Shown in pieces: positions 1-9,775 of a DNA stretch of 64,000 nt; the stretch's first letter is position 1; every line of letters begins with the position of its first letter. The notes under the pieces are model-generated. The model was given only the letters and a program-made list of their open reading frames with translations. It did no database searches and was not told where the DNA came from. Source of the DNA: Bradymonadia bacterium (lineage in GTDB: Bacteria; Myxococcota_A; Bradymonadia; UBA7976; UBA1532). Position numbers and translations under genes: made by a program. The stretch covers positions 349,449-413,448 of the forward strand of contig JBKAGE010000037.1 of NCBI GenBank assembly GCA_046290225.1. Reading direction: 5' to 3'.

Positions 1-10
1 ACTCCCCACC

Positions 11-1024
11 GTGGAGGGTGCCCTGTCGCTCACGGCCGTGGGCGATCTGGGCCTCACGGTGAGCCGCGCGCCGATCGACAGCGAAGGTGGGTACAAATAT
101 GGCGAGTTCCATTACTGGCACGAGATGCTTGAGGGCTTCGATCACTTCATCAACGCAGATCTCAACCTTGTGAATCTCGAGACCGCAGTGACCACGCGTG
201 GTGAGGCCGCCGAGAAGACCTACACCTTCCGGATGCCCGCTGAAGCCCTGGAGGCCACTCTGGACGCTGGCTTCAACGTGATGTCCCTGGCGAACAACCA
301 CACAGGCGACTACGGCGCCATCGGGGTCGAGGACACCCTGGAGCACTTGAAGCAAGCCGCAGAGCAGCGCCCTCTGCTGGCGTGGGCAGGTGCGGGGATG
401 ACCTTTGACGACGCCGTGGCCCCACGGATCTTCGAGCACGAAGGTGTCACCGTCGCCCTGAGCAGCATCGGCATCGGCAGAGGGGCTCGATGGAGCGGCG
501 GCGTCGGCGTCGCCCACATCTACGATGATGACGCAGCCATCGAGCGCCTGATGGCCGCAGAAGCTGACATCCACATCCTGGCGGTGCACGGGGGCACAGA
601 GCGCAAGCTCGAACCCACTGCGCAGATTCAGGGCATCGCCCACAAGGCCGTCGACGCTGGCGTCGATCTCGTCTGGGGACACCACCCCCACGTGACTCAG
701 GGCATCGAGCGCCGAGGCGAAGGACTGATCATGTACAGCCTGGGCAACTACGCTCTTCGTGGCGCCCGAAACATGGGCACCCTCGCCGTCGATCTCGACT
801 ACGGCCTTGCGGTCCGGCTGATGTACGACCGCGAAGCGAAGCGCTTTAGCCGCCTCGAAGCAGCCCCCATCTTCGACATGCACCGCGTGGTGCGCCCATT
901 GCGCACGGTAGAGCGCACCGCCGAGCGGATTCGTCGCCTGAACAATCGCGGCGAGGCTCTGGGTGAAGGCGGGATGAAGTTCGAGATCGACGAGGCGACG
1001 GGGATGGGCTGGGTCGAGCTCTGA
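11..1024 (+). CDS. CapA/PGA_cap family metallophosphoesterase-like protein (probably 5'-truncated by the window edge)
   Basis: Motifs VGD, NLETAV, SLANNHTGDYG, HGG, GHHPHV, YSLGN typical of the CapA family; frame is open from base 2. Confidence 0.85.
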   Translation: MEGALSLTAVGDLGLTVSRAPIDSEGGYKYGEFHYWHEMLEGFDHFINADLNLVNLETAVTTRGEAAEKTYTFRMPAEALEATLDAGFNVMSLANNHTGDYGAIGVEDTLEHLKQAAEQRPLLAWAGAGMTFDDAVAPRIFEHEGVTVALSSIGIGRGARWSGGVGVAHIYDDDAAIERLMAAEADIHILAVHGGTERKLEPTAQIQGIAHKAVDAGVDLVWGHHPHVTQGIERRGEGLIMYSLGNYALRGARNMGTLAVDLDYGLAVRLMYDREAKRFSRLEAAPIFDMHRVVRPLRTVERTAERIRRLNNRGEALGEGGMKFEIDEATGMGWVEL

Positions 1025-1037
1025 GTCCAGACTGGGC

Positions 1038-2123
1038 TCAGGCCACCTCGACGTCGAAGCCCGTCACATAACGCAGCTCCGTGGGATCTCCAGCCTCTTC
1101 CCAACGATAACGCGCGTTCCGCAGCACCTCACCCTGCTCGTTGATCGCCAGCAGCCCGAAGCTCAGATCTGTGTCGTAGCGGCCGTCGATGGTCACCTGG
1201 ATCACCTCGTCGGCCACGGCGATGCCCCGGCACCAGTTGGGCTCCCGGCCCAACGAGGTCTCTTCGAGGCGGATCAGCTTCGAGACCATGTCCCGCAGGT
1301 ACACTCCGGGGGCCTCGACACGATCGAGCTCCTGGTGGGTGTGGTGCTGGTCGAGATGTGGCGAGGCGATGATCACCTTGCCATCGATGCTGGTGAAGAA
1401 GAAGCGTGACCCGACCTTGCGGCCGTCGTGCAGCAGCGCCGGCGTGCAGAGGTTCATGAGCTTCAGCCGCGCCGTGCGCTTCACAGGGTCGACCACCACG
1501 AAGCAGTTGGCATTGCGGCTGGTGAGCCACAGCTCACCATCGATGCGCTGCACATAATTGAAGTGCCAGTACCCCGTGCTCCCCCGAAACTGCTTGCCCA
1601 CGAAGCGCCAGTCCACGCCTTCGGCCCCGCTGTCGGTGGTGATCGACAAATCAGAGTGCACGCGGAAGTGTTCGACGACGTTGCCGTCGAGATCGGTGAT
1701 CACCACCGTGTCACGGGGGGTGAGCACGGTGACCACGTGATCCTCCTCGGCCCAGATTCCGTGCATGTCGGACATCATCTCGTGGCTGATGATGCCCTCG
1801 AGGCTCAAGTCATCGCGGTTGATGACGTACACCCCGTTCCAGCTGCCGGCGTACACACGATCACCAGCAACTGAGAGCCCAGTGAGGCCAAAGCGCGGCA
1901 AACGCTTGAACGAGGGCTGCTCGGCCCCGGGCTGCGTACCTCGGATCACGTCACCGAGCTCGGCGAAGTCTTCCGGCGCCCTGGGGAATGGGTAGCTGTG
2001 GGCCACTCGAACATCGCCCTGCACGGACCACAGCGCTGGCCGCGGCCCGTTGCCCAGGGTGATGTCGAGGTTCTGATAACCGTGGACGAAGCTGACGAGG
2101 GTGCGCTGGTCGAGGGGGTGCAT
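1038..2123 (-). CDS. Hypothetical beta-propeller-like protein (weak resemblance to arylsulfotransferase/DUF4915-type propellers)
   Basis: 361-aa ORF with GC-typical codon use; repeated beta-rich blades (DMHGIW, YWHFNYV, LLHDG, WCRGIAV). Confidence 0.6.
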   Translation of the reverse strand: MHPLDQRTLVSFVHGYQNLDITLGNGPRPALWSVQGDVRVAHSYPFPRAPEDFAELGDVIRGTQPGAEQPSFKRLPRFGLTGLSVAGDRVYAGSWNGVYVINRDDLSLEGIISHEMMSDMHGIWAEEDHVVTVLTPRDTVVITDLDGNVVEHFRVHSDLSITTDSGAEGVDWRFVGKQFRGSTGYWHFNYVQRIDGELWLTSRNANCFVVVDPVKRTARLKLMNLCTPALLHDGRKVGSRFFFTSIDGKVIIASPHLDQHHTHQELDRVEAPGVYLRDMVSKLIRLEETSLGREPNWCRGIAVADEVIQVTIDGRYDTDLSFGLLAINEQGEVLRNARYRWEEAGDPTELRYVTGFDVEVA

Positions 2124-2192
2124 GCGATCTCCGAGTGAAGCTCTCGATGATCATGCATCGGCAAACGCGCGTGGCCAGTTTATGCGGCATAC

Positions 2193-2483
2193 TCAGCGGC
2201 GGCGCTTCCAGTCATCTGGGTGACGCGCCACATGCAATATCGCGAAGACTACGATCGCGTTCAGGCTCTGCTCGAGGCTGTAGTAAACCGCATAGGGGAA
2301 CTTGGACAAGAGCGCGCGGCGAGTGCCGGAGTCGTCGATGGTTGAATACAACTCGGGATGCTGTACGACAGTGTTCAGGGTGTGCTCGACCTCTGCTCGG
2401 AACTCGTGCACCAACTCTGGCACCTGGCGTTGATACCAGAGGCAGGCAGACATCAACTCATTTTCAGCAGGAGGAGCGCCCGC
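2193..2483 (-). CDS. RelE/ParE-family type II toxin; N-terminus apparently disrupted (possible pseudogene)
   Basis: AENELMSACLWY...EFRAEV...RRALLSKFPYAVYY...VFAILHVARHP matches ParE-like addiction toxins; no in-frame start before TTG 2456. Confidence 0.75.
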   Translation of the reverse strand, partial: AGAPPAENELMSACLWYQRQVPELVHEFRAEVEHTLNTVVQHPELYSTIDDSGTRRALLSKFPYAVYYSLEQSLNAIVVFAILHVARHPDDWKRRR

Positions 2484-2723
2484 TCACCCACCACTCAGCT
2501 CATCATTGAGGCGTGACCGCACAGCGCTCCAAGCCTTCAACTTCGCGGGCTCTTTCAGGGCTGCCTTGCGCCTGTCCGAGACCACCTCCAAGTGGCTTTC
2601 AAGCACAGGCACCTCTCCAGCATACATGACGACATGGCCCCACAGTCGGTTGAGGTACCGCAGCTGGCCCTCAACGGTGAGCGACTCGAAGCCGGGGGGC
2701 AGTGGCAACTCTGATGCAGACAT
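2484..2723 (-). CDS. Putative addiction-module antitoxin (TIGR02574-like)
   Basis: 79 aa from ATG 2723 with GAGGTGG RBS; LPPGFESLTVEGQLRYLNRLW...SHLEVVSDRR...WSAVRSRL pattern; directly upstream of the ParE-like ORF. Confidence 0.75.
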   Translation of the reverse strand: MSASELPLPPGFESLTVEGQLRYLNRLWGHVVMYAGEVPVLESHLEVVSDRRKAALKEPAKLKAWSAVRSRLNDELSGG

Positions 2724-2784
2724 ATCCACCTCACTCTCAGGGGCTCTCGACCCCAGTCTAACGTCCACCATCAAAATGTGACAA

Positions 2785-4437
2785 TCACCCAGGCTGTGCC
2801 GGTGGATCTTCAAATGCTCGGTAGAAAGCGCTCCAGTAGCTGCTCCTCGAGCCCACGCGATACTCCTCTTCGTGTACCCCCACAGTGCTGGCGCCGGAGA
2901 TATTGCCATCCACGGTGGTCACCTTGTATGACGCCCGGCCCAGGCGCACCACGTTCACCACCGTGCCGTGGTGCATGCCGTCGATCTTGAGGGCGATGTC
3001 GCCGATCCTGGGCACCTCGGTGCCGGGCACCGCAGGCCACTGACGACTCAGCCACGGCGTACCCCGACCTTGTGGAGGCCAGTTCGCAGCCGAAGCGTTC
3101 CCCGCCATCTTCTGCATGGCCAGGGCGAAAATGCCGCACCAGCTCGGGACCCCCGTGTTGTTGCCCCCTACCTCCATACTGCTGTCGAAGATGGCCTTCT
3201 TCGAGGCGGTGCCAATGGTGCCTACAGGCACGTCTTCACCCGCCACCGCCCCAGACTTCTTGAACACCGCGTAGAGTGTCTCTGCGCCATATCGCCAGAC
3301 CACCTGTTCGGTGGTGCCGGGGATCGCCGCCAGGCTGGTGCCTTGTCGGGCGTTGATGGCGCCCACGAGGCCAAGGGCGTGGCTCACCACCGACGCACGG
3401 CCAGGGTGCAGCGGCCCAGTCTGATCACCCTCGTCGAAGGGATCACCTGCGCCGTCAATGCCTTGCAGGTTGTTGGCCATCGACATCAGCCCCACCACCA
3501 TCATGTAGTCGTTGAGCCACTGCCGCTCGCCGGGACCGAGGTGGTTGGGGTCATTCGGCAGGTCTCGACGCATGTGGGCGGTGTAGATGCGCTCGTGAGC
3601 GGCGCTGATCTGCGTCGGCGCCGTACGGTTGCCCGGGTTGGCTGGGTATGGGGCCTGTTGGATCAGTAGCCGGTCGATGGCCGCGGCGAGGCGGGGGATG
3701 TTCCCCTGAAGGGCCAGAGGATCTCCCCCACTTTGTGGTGGCGTAGTGTCGTTCGCTGAGAGCGCCACGAACTCCGGGCCACCACCGAGGTGCATGGCCA
3801 CCAGCCCCACAGGGCTGGCCATCACCACCGGTGAAGTGACGAGGGTGGGCCACTGGGTGGCGAACTAAGCGATGTGCGGGCCCACCTCGCCGCCACCTCC
3901 CAATGGCGTGGTGTTGCCGGAGTCGCCTCCCGGCCCGGTGCCACCAGGGCCAGGTACGTCATCGGGCTCCGGGCCTGGGGGCCTCTCGTGCTCACCGTGA
4001 TCGGGACCACCTGTATCCGGTGTCGTCGACCCGCCTCCGGAGAGCGCGCCCCATGTCTGCGGGCCCACCACGCCGTCCACATCGACGCCTGCCTCTTGCT
4101 GGAACGCCACCACGGCGCCTCGGGTCATCGGGCCGAAGATGCCGTCTGCGGTGAGTGAGACCCCTGAGGTGTTGAGCATGCCCTGCAGGTGCGCCACCGT
4201 GGGGCCACTCGATCCTATCCGGAGCACTTGATCGACGTAGGGGTTGTCGGTGACTCCAGTGGCGGGCTGGGCCACTGTTGGTTCATCCGTGAGCCCCACC
4301 GCGATGCTCTGCAGCAGCTCATTGCTCTGCAATGTGGCGGCTTGCTGAACCATCGGGGCGCTGGATTGTGCAGAAGGTGTGCTCTGCTCAACGCTCGCTG
4401 CCGGTCGGAGCTCCTGGTTGTGCATCGGCCGTCCCAT
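2785..4437 (-). pseudogene. Peptidoglycan-binding + CHAP/NlpC-P60-like hydrolase, split by an in-frame TAG at 3865-3867
   Basis: ORF 3865-4437 carries a PG_binding_1 domain (LRIGSSG...DGIFGPMT...FQ...VDGVVGPQTW); ORF 2785-3828 carries WCGIF...GDI...HHGTV...TVDGN; both are in one frame with 12 open codons between them. Confidence 0.7.
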
Positions 4438-4528
4438 CGTGATTTTGCTGGTGTGATGGCCAGCATCTCTGTGAATTCAGGCGACGGTGGACCACACATC
4501 ACGACAGACCTTCAGTGAAAAAGGCGTC

Positions 4529-5293
4529 TCATCGACTTGCAGAGAGCACGATCCGAAAGCCGAGGTAGTCATAGGCACAATCAGGTGGATCACCATCCCG
4601 TACAGCGGCCCGTGCCGTGCGGGCAAAATAACCCCAGGCGCCACCACGGATGACCCGGTCGTCACCCTCTCCAACGCACGTACCAGGATTCACTGTGGGC
4701 GTATCGGTGTAATCCGAGAACGCATCGGCGCACCACTCGAAGACGTTGCCGTGCATGTCGTAGAGCCCCCAGGGGCTTGCGGGCTTCTGGGCCACGGGGT
4801 GTATGTGGCCCCCTGAGTTCTCTCCGTACCAGCCCACCCGGTAGAGGTCCTGCTCGTCGTCGCCAGACCAATATCGGGTGGAGGTACCCGCTCGACATGC
4901 GTATTCCCACTGCGCCTCTGTGGGCAGCAGCGCGCCGACTCCAGACAGGCGGGCCTCCAACGCCTTCAGGCAACGTTGAGCGTCATGCCAGCTCACGCAC
5001 TCTACAGGCTGACTCAGGTCATCAGCAGAGCGACTGGGGTTGTCACCCATCACAGCCACCCACAACGCTTGGGTCACAGGTGTGTCACCGAGCCAGAAGC
5101 CATGAGTGAGGGTCACCTGATGTTGTGGCCCCTCCCATGTGTACCGGCCCTCTTCGTTCTTTGGTGAGCCCATCAGGAACGTGCCCGGCTCGATCCATCG
5201 CAGGCGCTGCACGACACCATCGACCTCGAAGCACGCGAAGGTGCCGAAGTCGTCCTCGCCCCAATCACTCATCCAGTCAGCTCTCGTCGACAT
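4529..5293 (-). CDS. FGE-sulfatase (SUMF1/C-type lectin fold) domain protein
   Basis: ATG 5293 with GGAGG RBS; FLMGSP, PVTQALW, LPTEAQWEYACRAG, WGLYDMHGNVFEWC, RGGAW, GFR motifs. Confidence 0.9.
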   Translation of the reverse strand: MSTRADWMSDWGEDDFGTFACFEVDGVVQRLRWIEPGTFLMGSPKNEEGRYTWEGPQHQVTLTHGFWLGDTPVTQALWVAVMGDNPSRSADDLSQPVECVSWHDAQRCLKALEARLSGVGALLPTEAQWEYACRAGTSTRYWSGDDEQDLYRVGWYGENSGGHIHPVAQKPASPWGLYDMHGNVFEWCADAFSDYTDTPTVNPGTCVGEGDDRVIRGGAWGYFARTARAAVRDGDPPDCAYDYLGFRIVLSASR

Positions 5294-5374
5294 CTGCCTC
5301 CAAATCTTCTCAGGCTGACCCGGCGACTGGCCGAACCAAAGGAGAATTATCCGGCCACAAGGATCCACCCGGCG

Positions 5375-8300
5375 ATGAAATATCTGTTCCTCTACCCGCA
5401 TCAAGTCTGGCCCATGCACTACTTCCACGGCGGAGTGCTCGCCAGGGCCTTGATCAACGAGGGTCACGAAGTGTTGTGGGTCAATTGCCAGAAGACCCTG
5501 CCCGGGTGCCATGCCCAGTGGATCGTGCCCGACACCCCACCGGAAGAGGTCTGCCGTGATTGCGAGCAGCGGACCAACTTCATCACCCACAAGATGGGCA
5601 TCCAGCCGAGGCCACTCTCCGACTGGCTCACCGACGCAGATCGAGCAGACGCCGCCAAGGTGCGCGAGATCGACGATGCCTGGGTGCTCAAGGACTGGAT
5701 GGACGGCGACATGCCCGTGGGCTACTACGGCCTGTCGTCGCCGGCGAGCTGCGAGCGCATGCTCGAGCTCGACGACATGACCCCCACCTTCATGCCCAAG
5801 TTCCGACAGGGGGTCGAGAACGCCATCCTGTCGCACCGGGCCCTGAAGAAGATCCTCGACGAAGAGGGCATCGATCGTGTGGCGCTGCATCTGGGCCGGC
5901 TGCCCAGCCAGCAGGTGCTCATGGCGCTGAGCAAAGAGCGCGACCTCACGTGGTACAGCTGGGAGACCGGCGAGATCCGGAACACCCTCGCCCTGCGACA
6001 CTGCACCACCCTCTACGACTACGCCTTCTGCCGCGACCTCTGGAAGACCTACAAGGACGCGCCTCTCACCCTCGCCGAGATGGAGACGGTGACCACCTGG
6101 ATGGAGGCCCGGCGTCAGAGCGGCAAGAAGACCGGGCGGTACACCTTCAGCCCCCAGGCCACCTCGCCTCGGGAGATGTTCGAGGGCCTCGGCATCGAGC
6201 CCACGGAGAACATCGTCACCCTCTTCACCAGCAGCGTCGACGAGACCAGCTTCACCAAGCGAATGGAGGACCCCACCTTCAACGCGGTCTTCGAAGATCA
6301 GTACGAGATGATCGGCGACGCCATCGAGTGGGCCAAAGGCCGACCGGACTACACCCTGGTCATCCGGATCCACCCCAACGAGTCCGCCCGGGCCAACCAC
6401 CTCGGCATGGAAGGCACCAAGGCGCTGAATCTGTATCAGCAGCTCTTCGATCGCTTCGACCCCATGCCCGAGAACGTCAGGGTGGTCTGGCCTGACGAGA
6501 AGATCAGCAGCTACACCCTCATCGACGTGTGCAAGGCGGTCATCGTCTACCGCAGCACCACCGGCATCGAGGCCGCTGTTGTGGGCCGCCCCGTGGTCTG
6601 CACCGAGAACCCGCCGTGGCGCGACGCCGGCTTCGAATATCTCGTGCCCACCCGCGAGCAGTTCGGCGACTACATCGAGCAGGCCCTCGCCACCGACGAG
6701 GACGATCTGCTGCGGCGCAGCACCCTGGCGTGGCGCTTCTCGATGCACAACTACCTGAAGTTCCTGATCCCCTTCCCCCTGGTGAAGGATCACGGGCGCA
6801 TGATGCTCATCAGCCTGGGCTTCGACAAACCCGAGCAGCTCAAGTACGGCTTCCACCCTGGCCTCGACACCGCCCTGGACAACCTGATCAAAGACACATG
6901 GCCCTTCCCCCACGTGCGTGAGGACTGGACCGAGGCTGACGCCGCCTGGGAGCGGGCCATGGTGAAGGCCCGGCTGCGGCCTCAGCCCACCCTCGCCGAG
7001 ATGCAGCCCGTGGCCGAGACGGCCGCCCTTTCCGAAGCGCAAAAGGGCATCTTCGAGGCCGATCTCGCCATGTTGCTGCCTCAAATCGATCGACAGCAGC
7101 CCAGCCTGGTCACCGGGCCACTGGCCTCGGCCTTCACTGATCTCTTCACCGCCGCAGGGGCGAAGCCCCCGGTGATCATCGACGAAGAAGACGCAGGGCG
7201 CCGGGCCCGGGCCATCCAAGGTCACATCGGCGGCCCCGCCACGGCCCTGCCCTTCGCCGATCGGTGCGCGGCCTTCGTCGCGGTCACAGGTGGCCTCGCC
7301 CAGCGCTCGGAGGCCGAGGCCAGCCTCGACGCCTACCGACGCTGGCTCCGACCACAGGGGCGCATTTGGGTGCACCTCGAAGCGCCCACGGCCACCGATC
7401 AGTGGCGTCCGGGCGCTCGAGGCCTCGAGCGGGCCCTCACCGAGCGGGGCTTCATCGAGGTCTTCGTGCGCCCAGGGCCCGACGGCAGCCTGCTCGCCAT
7501 CGGCCGGGTTCCTGGCGAGTTGCACGACGATCCGGGCCACACCATCACCGCAGGTCAGGATCCCATCCGCGCGCTCCTGTCAGCCACCCGCCTTGCCGGT
7601 GACTGCCTGGTGAGCGTGGCCACCGGCGACGTGATCGCCGTACGCCAGAGCGGGTTCACGTCAGAGGGCGAGGTGGCCCCCTGGACCTGCTGGCCCGAGC
7701 ACCTCGACGGCCACCAGCCTGTGCCGCCTTACTATTTGATGGACCGCCCCGAGGTCCGCGATCTGCTGCCCAAGGGCGCCGAGAAGATCCTCGATGTGGG
7801 CTGCGCCGGCGGCGGCCTCGGCAAGGCCGTGAAGGCCGCCCGGCCCACAGCGGTGGTCGATGGGGTCGAGGTGGTGGAGCGCGCCGCCCGCCATGCCGAC
7901 GCCCACCTCGACCAGGTCTTCCGAGGTCCCGTGGAGCAAGTGATCCCCCGGCTCGAAGACGGCCGCTACGACGCCGTGATCTTCGCCGATGTGCTCGAAC
8001 ATCTCGTCGACCCGGGCGTGGTCCTCGACGAGATCAAACCCAAGCTCGCCGAAGACGGTGTGTTGGTGATCTCGCTGCCCAACGTGCGGCACTGGTCCGT
8101 GGTGGGGCCATTGCTCGAAGGGCGGTTCACCTACGAAGACGCCGGCATCCTCGACCGCACCCACCTGCGATTTTTCACGAAACAGTCGATCCAGAGCCTC
8201 TTCGAGGCCCACGGATACGACATCGTCGAGCTCAAGCAGGTGCGCTTTGGTGGTCGGGCCCCCGACGCAGTGGTGCAGGCCCTCGGCGCAGCGCCCGTGA

Positions 8301-9649
8301 ACACCAGCACCCTCGCAGACGAGTCAGGGGTGTATCAGTATCTGCTCGTGGCCCGGCCCCAGCCCAAGCGGCCGCCCAAGCTCACCAGCATTGTGCTCCT
8401 GGGCTGGAATCAGGTGCAGTACACCCGCATGTGCATCAACAGCGTCATGCGATACACCCGAGTGCCCTACGAGCTGATCCTCGTGGACAACGGCAGCGTC
8501 GACGGCACGGGGGACTACTTCAGATCTCTCGCCGAGCAGCACGACAACGTGAAGGTGGTGCTCAACCGCAAGAACCTCGGCTTCGCCAAGGGCTGTAATC
8601 AGGGCCTCGCCCGGGCCGACGGCGACTATGTGATGTTCCTCAACAACGACACCATCGTCACCGAAGGCTGGCTGAGCCGTATGCAATGGTGGATCGAGTT
8701 GGAGCCCAACATCGGCGTCGTGGGCCCCCGGAGCAACCGCGTGGCGGGGATCCAGAAGGTGGATGGGGTGGGCTACAACGAAGACGACCCCCGAGCCATG
8801 GCGCACATGCACGCCTGGGCCAGCGCCTTCACCACGGCGCATCATCAACAGAGCACCTTCGTAAACCGTCTCATCGGGCTCTGTTTGCTGGTGAAACGTG
8901 GTGTCATCGACCGCATCGGCGGCTTCGACGTGGGCTTCGGCACGGGCAACTTCGAGGATGACGACTTCTGTATGCGGGCCAAGGTGGCGGGGTACACCCT
9001 GCTCATCGCCGGCGACGTCTTCATCCATCACTTCGGCTCGAAGACCTTCGAAGGCAACGGGGTGGACTATCAACAGACCTTCTCTGGCAACATGGACAGA
9101 TTCCTCAACAAGTGGGGCTTCGAGCGGCAGGGGAACGGCTACGCCACTGAAGGCCTCGACGAGATCGCCTACGAGCGTGGACAACACTTCGTGCCCTACG
9201 GGCGTGAGGAGGGTTTCCGGCCCGAGGCAGCCCCTGTGAACGTGCTCGAGCGGGGTGAGCGCAATGTGCTCGTGTTGCCGCCGTGGTCCGACGAGGGCGC
9301 CCTCACCGATCTCATCCGAGTGCTCCATGACACCGCCGAGCCCGCTCGACGACAGCGCTGTGCATACTGGCTGCGGGTCGAGCCCAAGTCCGGCCCTGCC
9401 CGCCTGAGGCAGCTCGAAGAGGCCACACGCAAAGCTGGCCTGAGGCCGGCGCTGCTGCCCGAGGTGCTGCTCATCGACGCGCCGTTGTCTCCAGAACGAG
9501 AGGCCGGGCTCTTCACAGCCTGTGATGCTGTGCTCCTCGATCGGGACTGGCCGGAGTCCGATATCGCCGCCCGGCGTGCCATGGACTGTGAATCCACCCT
9601 CGTGGACGGCTTGTCGGCGTTGCCACAGTGGCTCTCCTCAAGCCACTGA
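5375..9649 (+). CDS. Multidomain glycan-synthesis protein: capsule-synthesis (KpsS-like) domain + degenerate and intact SAM methyltransferase domains + GT2 glycosyltransferase
   Basis: 1424 aa; IRIHPNE and STTGIEAA (capsule_synth/GT-B), ILDVGCAGG...DVLEHL (class I MTase), LVDNGSVDGT...NLGFAKGCNQG...FLNNDT...FEDDDFC (GT2). Confidence 0.85.
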   Translation: MKYLFLYPHQVWPMHYFHGGVLARALINEGHEVLWVNCQKTLPGCHAQWIVPDTPPEEVCRDCEQRTNFITHKMGIQPRPLSDWLTDADRADAAKVREIDDAWVLKDWMDGDMPVGYYGLSSPASCERMLELDDMTPTFMPKFRQGVENAILSHRALKKILDEEGIDRVALHLGRLPSQQVLMALSKERDLTWYSWETGEIRNTLALRHCTTLYDYAFCRDLWKTYKDAPLTLAEMETVTTWMEARRQSGKKTGRYTFSPQATSPREMFEGLGIEPTENIVTLFTSSVDETSFTKRMEDPTFNAVFEDQYEMIGDAIEWAKGRPDYTLVIRIHPNESARANHLGMEGTKALNLYQQLFDRFDPMPENVRVVWPDEKISSYTLIDVCKAVIVYRSTTGIEAAVVGRPVVCTENPPWRDAGFEYLVPTREQFGDYIEQALATDEDDLLRRSTLAWRFSMHNYLKFLIPFPLVKDHGRMMLISLGFDKPEQLKYGFHPGLDTALDNLIKDTWPFPHVREDWTEADAAWERAMVKARLRPQPTLAEMQPVAETAALSEAQKGIFEADLAMLLPQIDRQQPSLVTGPLASAFTDLFTAAGAKPPVIIDEEDAGRRARAIQGHIGGPATALPFADRCAAFVAVTGGLAQRSEAEASLDAYRRWLRPQGRIWVHLEAPTATDQWRPGARGLERALTERGFIEVFVRPGPDGSLLAIGRVPGELHDDPGHTITAGQDPIRALLSATRLAGDCLVSVATGDVIAVRQSGFTSEGEVAPWTCWPEHLDGHQPVPPYYLMDRPEVRDLLPKGAEKILDVGCAGGGLGKAVKAARPTAVVDGVEVVERAARHADAHLDQVFRGPVEQVIPRLEDGRYDAVIFADVLEHLVDPGVVLDEIKPKLAEDGVLVISLPNVRHWSVVGPLLEGRFTYEDAGILDRTHLRFFTKQSIQSLFEAHGYDIVELKQVRFGGRAPDAVVQALGAAPVNTSTLADESGVYQYLLVARPQPKRPPKLTSIVLLGWNQVQYTRMCINSVMRYTRVPYELILVDNGSVDGTGDYFRSLAEQHDNVKVVLNRKNLGFAKGCNQGLARADGDYVMFLNNDTIVTEGWLSRMQWWIELEPNIGVVGPRSNRVAGIQKVDGVGYNEDDPRAMAHMHAWASAFTTAHHQQSTFVNRLIGLCLLVKRGVIDRIGGFDVGFGTGNFEDDDFCMRAKVAGYTLLIAGDVFIHHFGSKTFEGNGVDYQQTFSGNMDRFLNKWGFERQGNGYATEGLDEIAYERGQHFVPYGREEGFRPEAAPVNVLERGERNVLVLPPWSDEGALTDLIRVLHDTAEPARRQRCAYWLRVEPKSGPARLRQLEEATRKAGLRPALLPEVLLIDAPLSPEREAGLFTACDAVLLDRDWPESDIAARRAMDCESTLVDGLSALPQWLSSSH

Positions 9650-9775
9650 AATCAAAGCCCTAACTCAAAACACATCACACTTTCTGCAAAAAACATTCAG
9701 CGACAAACAACCTTCCGCCCTCCAAAACATCACTGATTTACGATATGTTGCTTTTTGAGCGGAAGGTTGTCTCCT

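Noticed and set aside
3865..3867. Genome-wide TAG recoding or pyrrolysine
   Set aside because: TAG ends several intact genes in the window and no pyl genes are seen
4529..4660. DGR variable region at the end of the FGE-fold gene
   Set aside because: Several NNY codons sit at typical variable positions, but others (ACG, GTA) do not fit, and no template repeat or reverse transcriptase is in the window; a remote DGR cannot be excluded
5294..7540. N-terminal 749 aa of the 1003-aa minus-strand ORF
   Set aside because: Antisense shadow of the 1424-aa gene; the real FGE gene starts at ATG 5293 with an RBS
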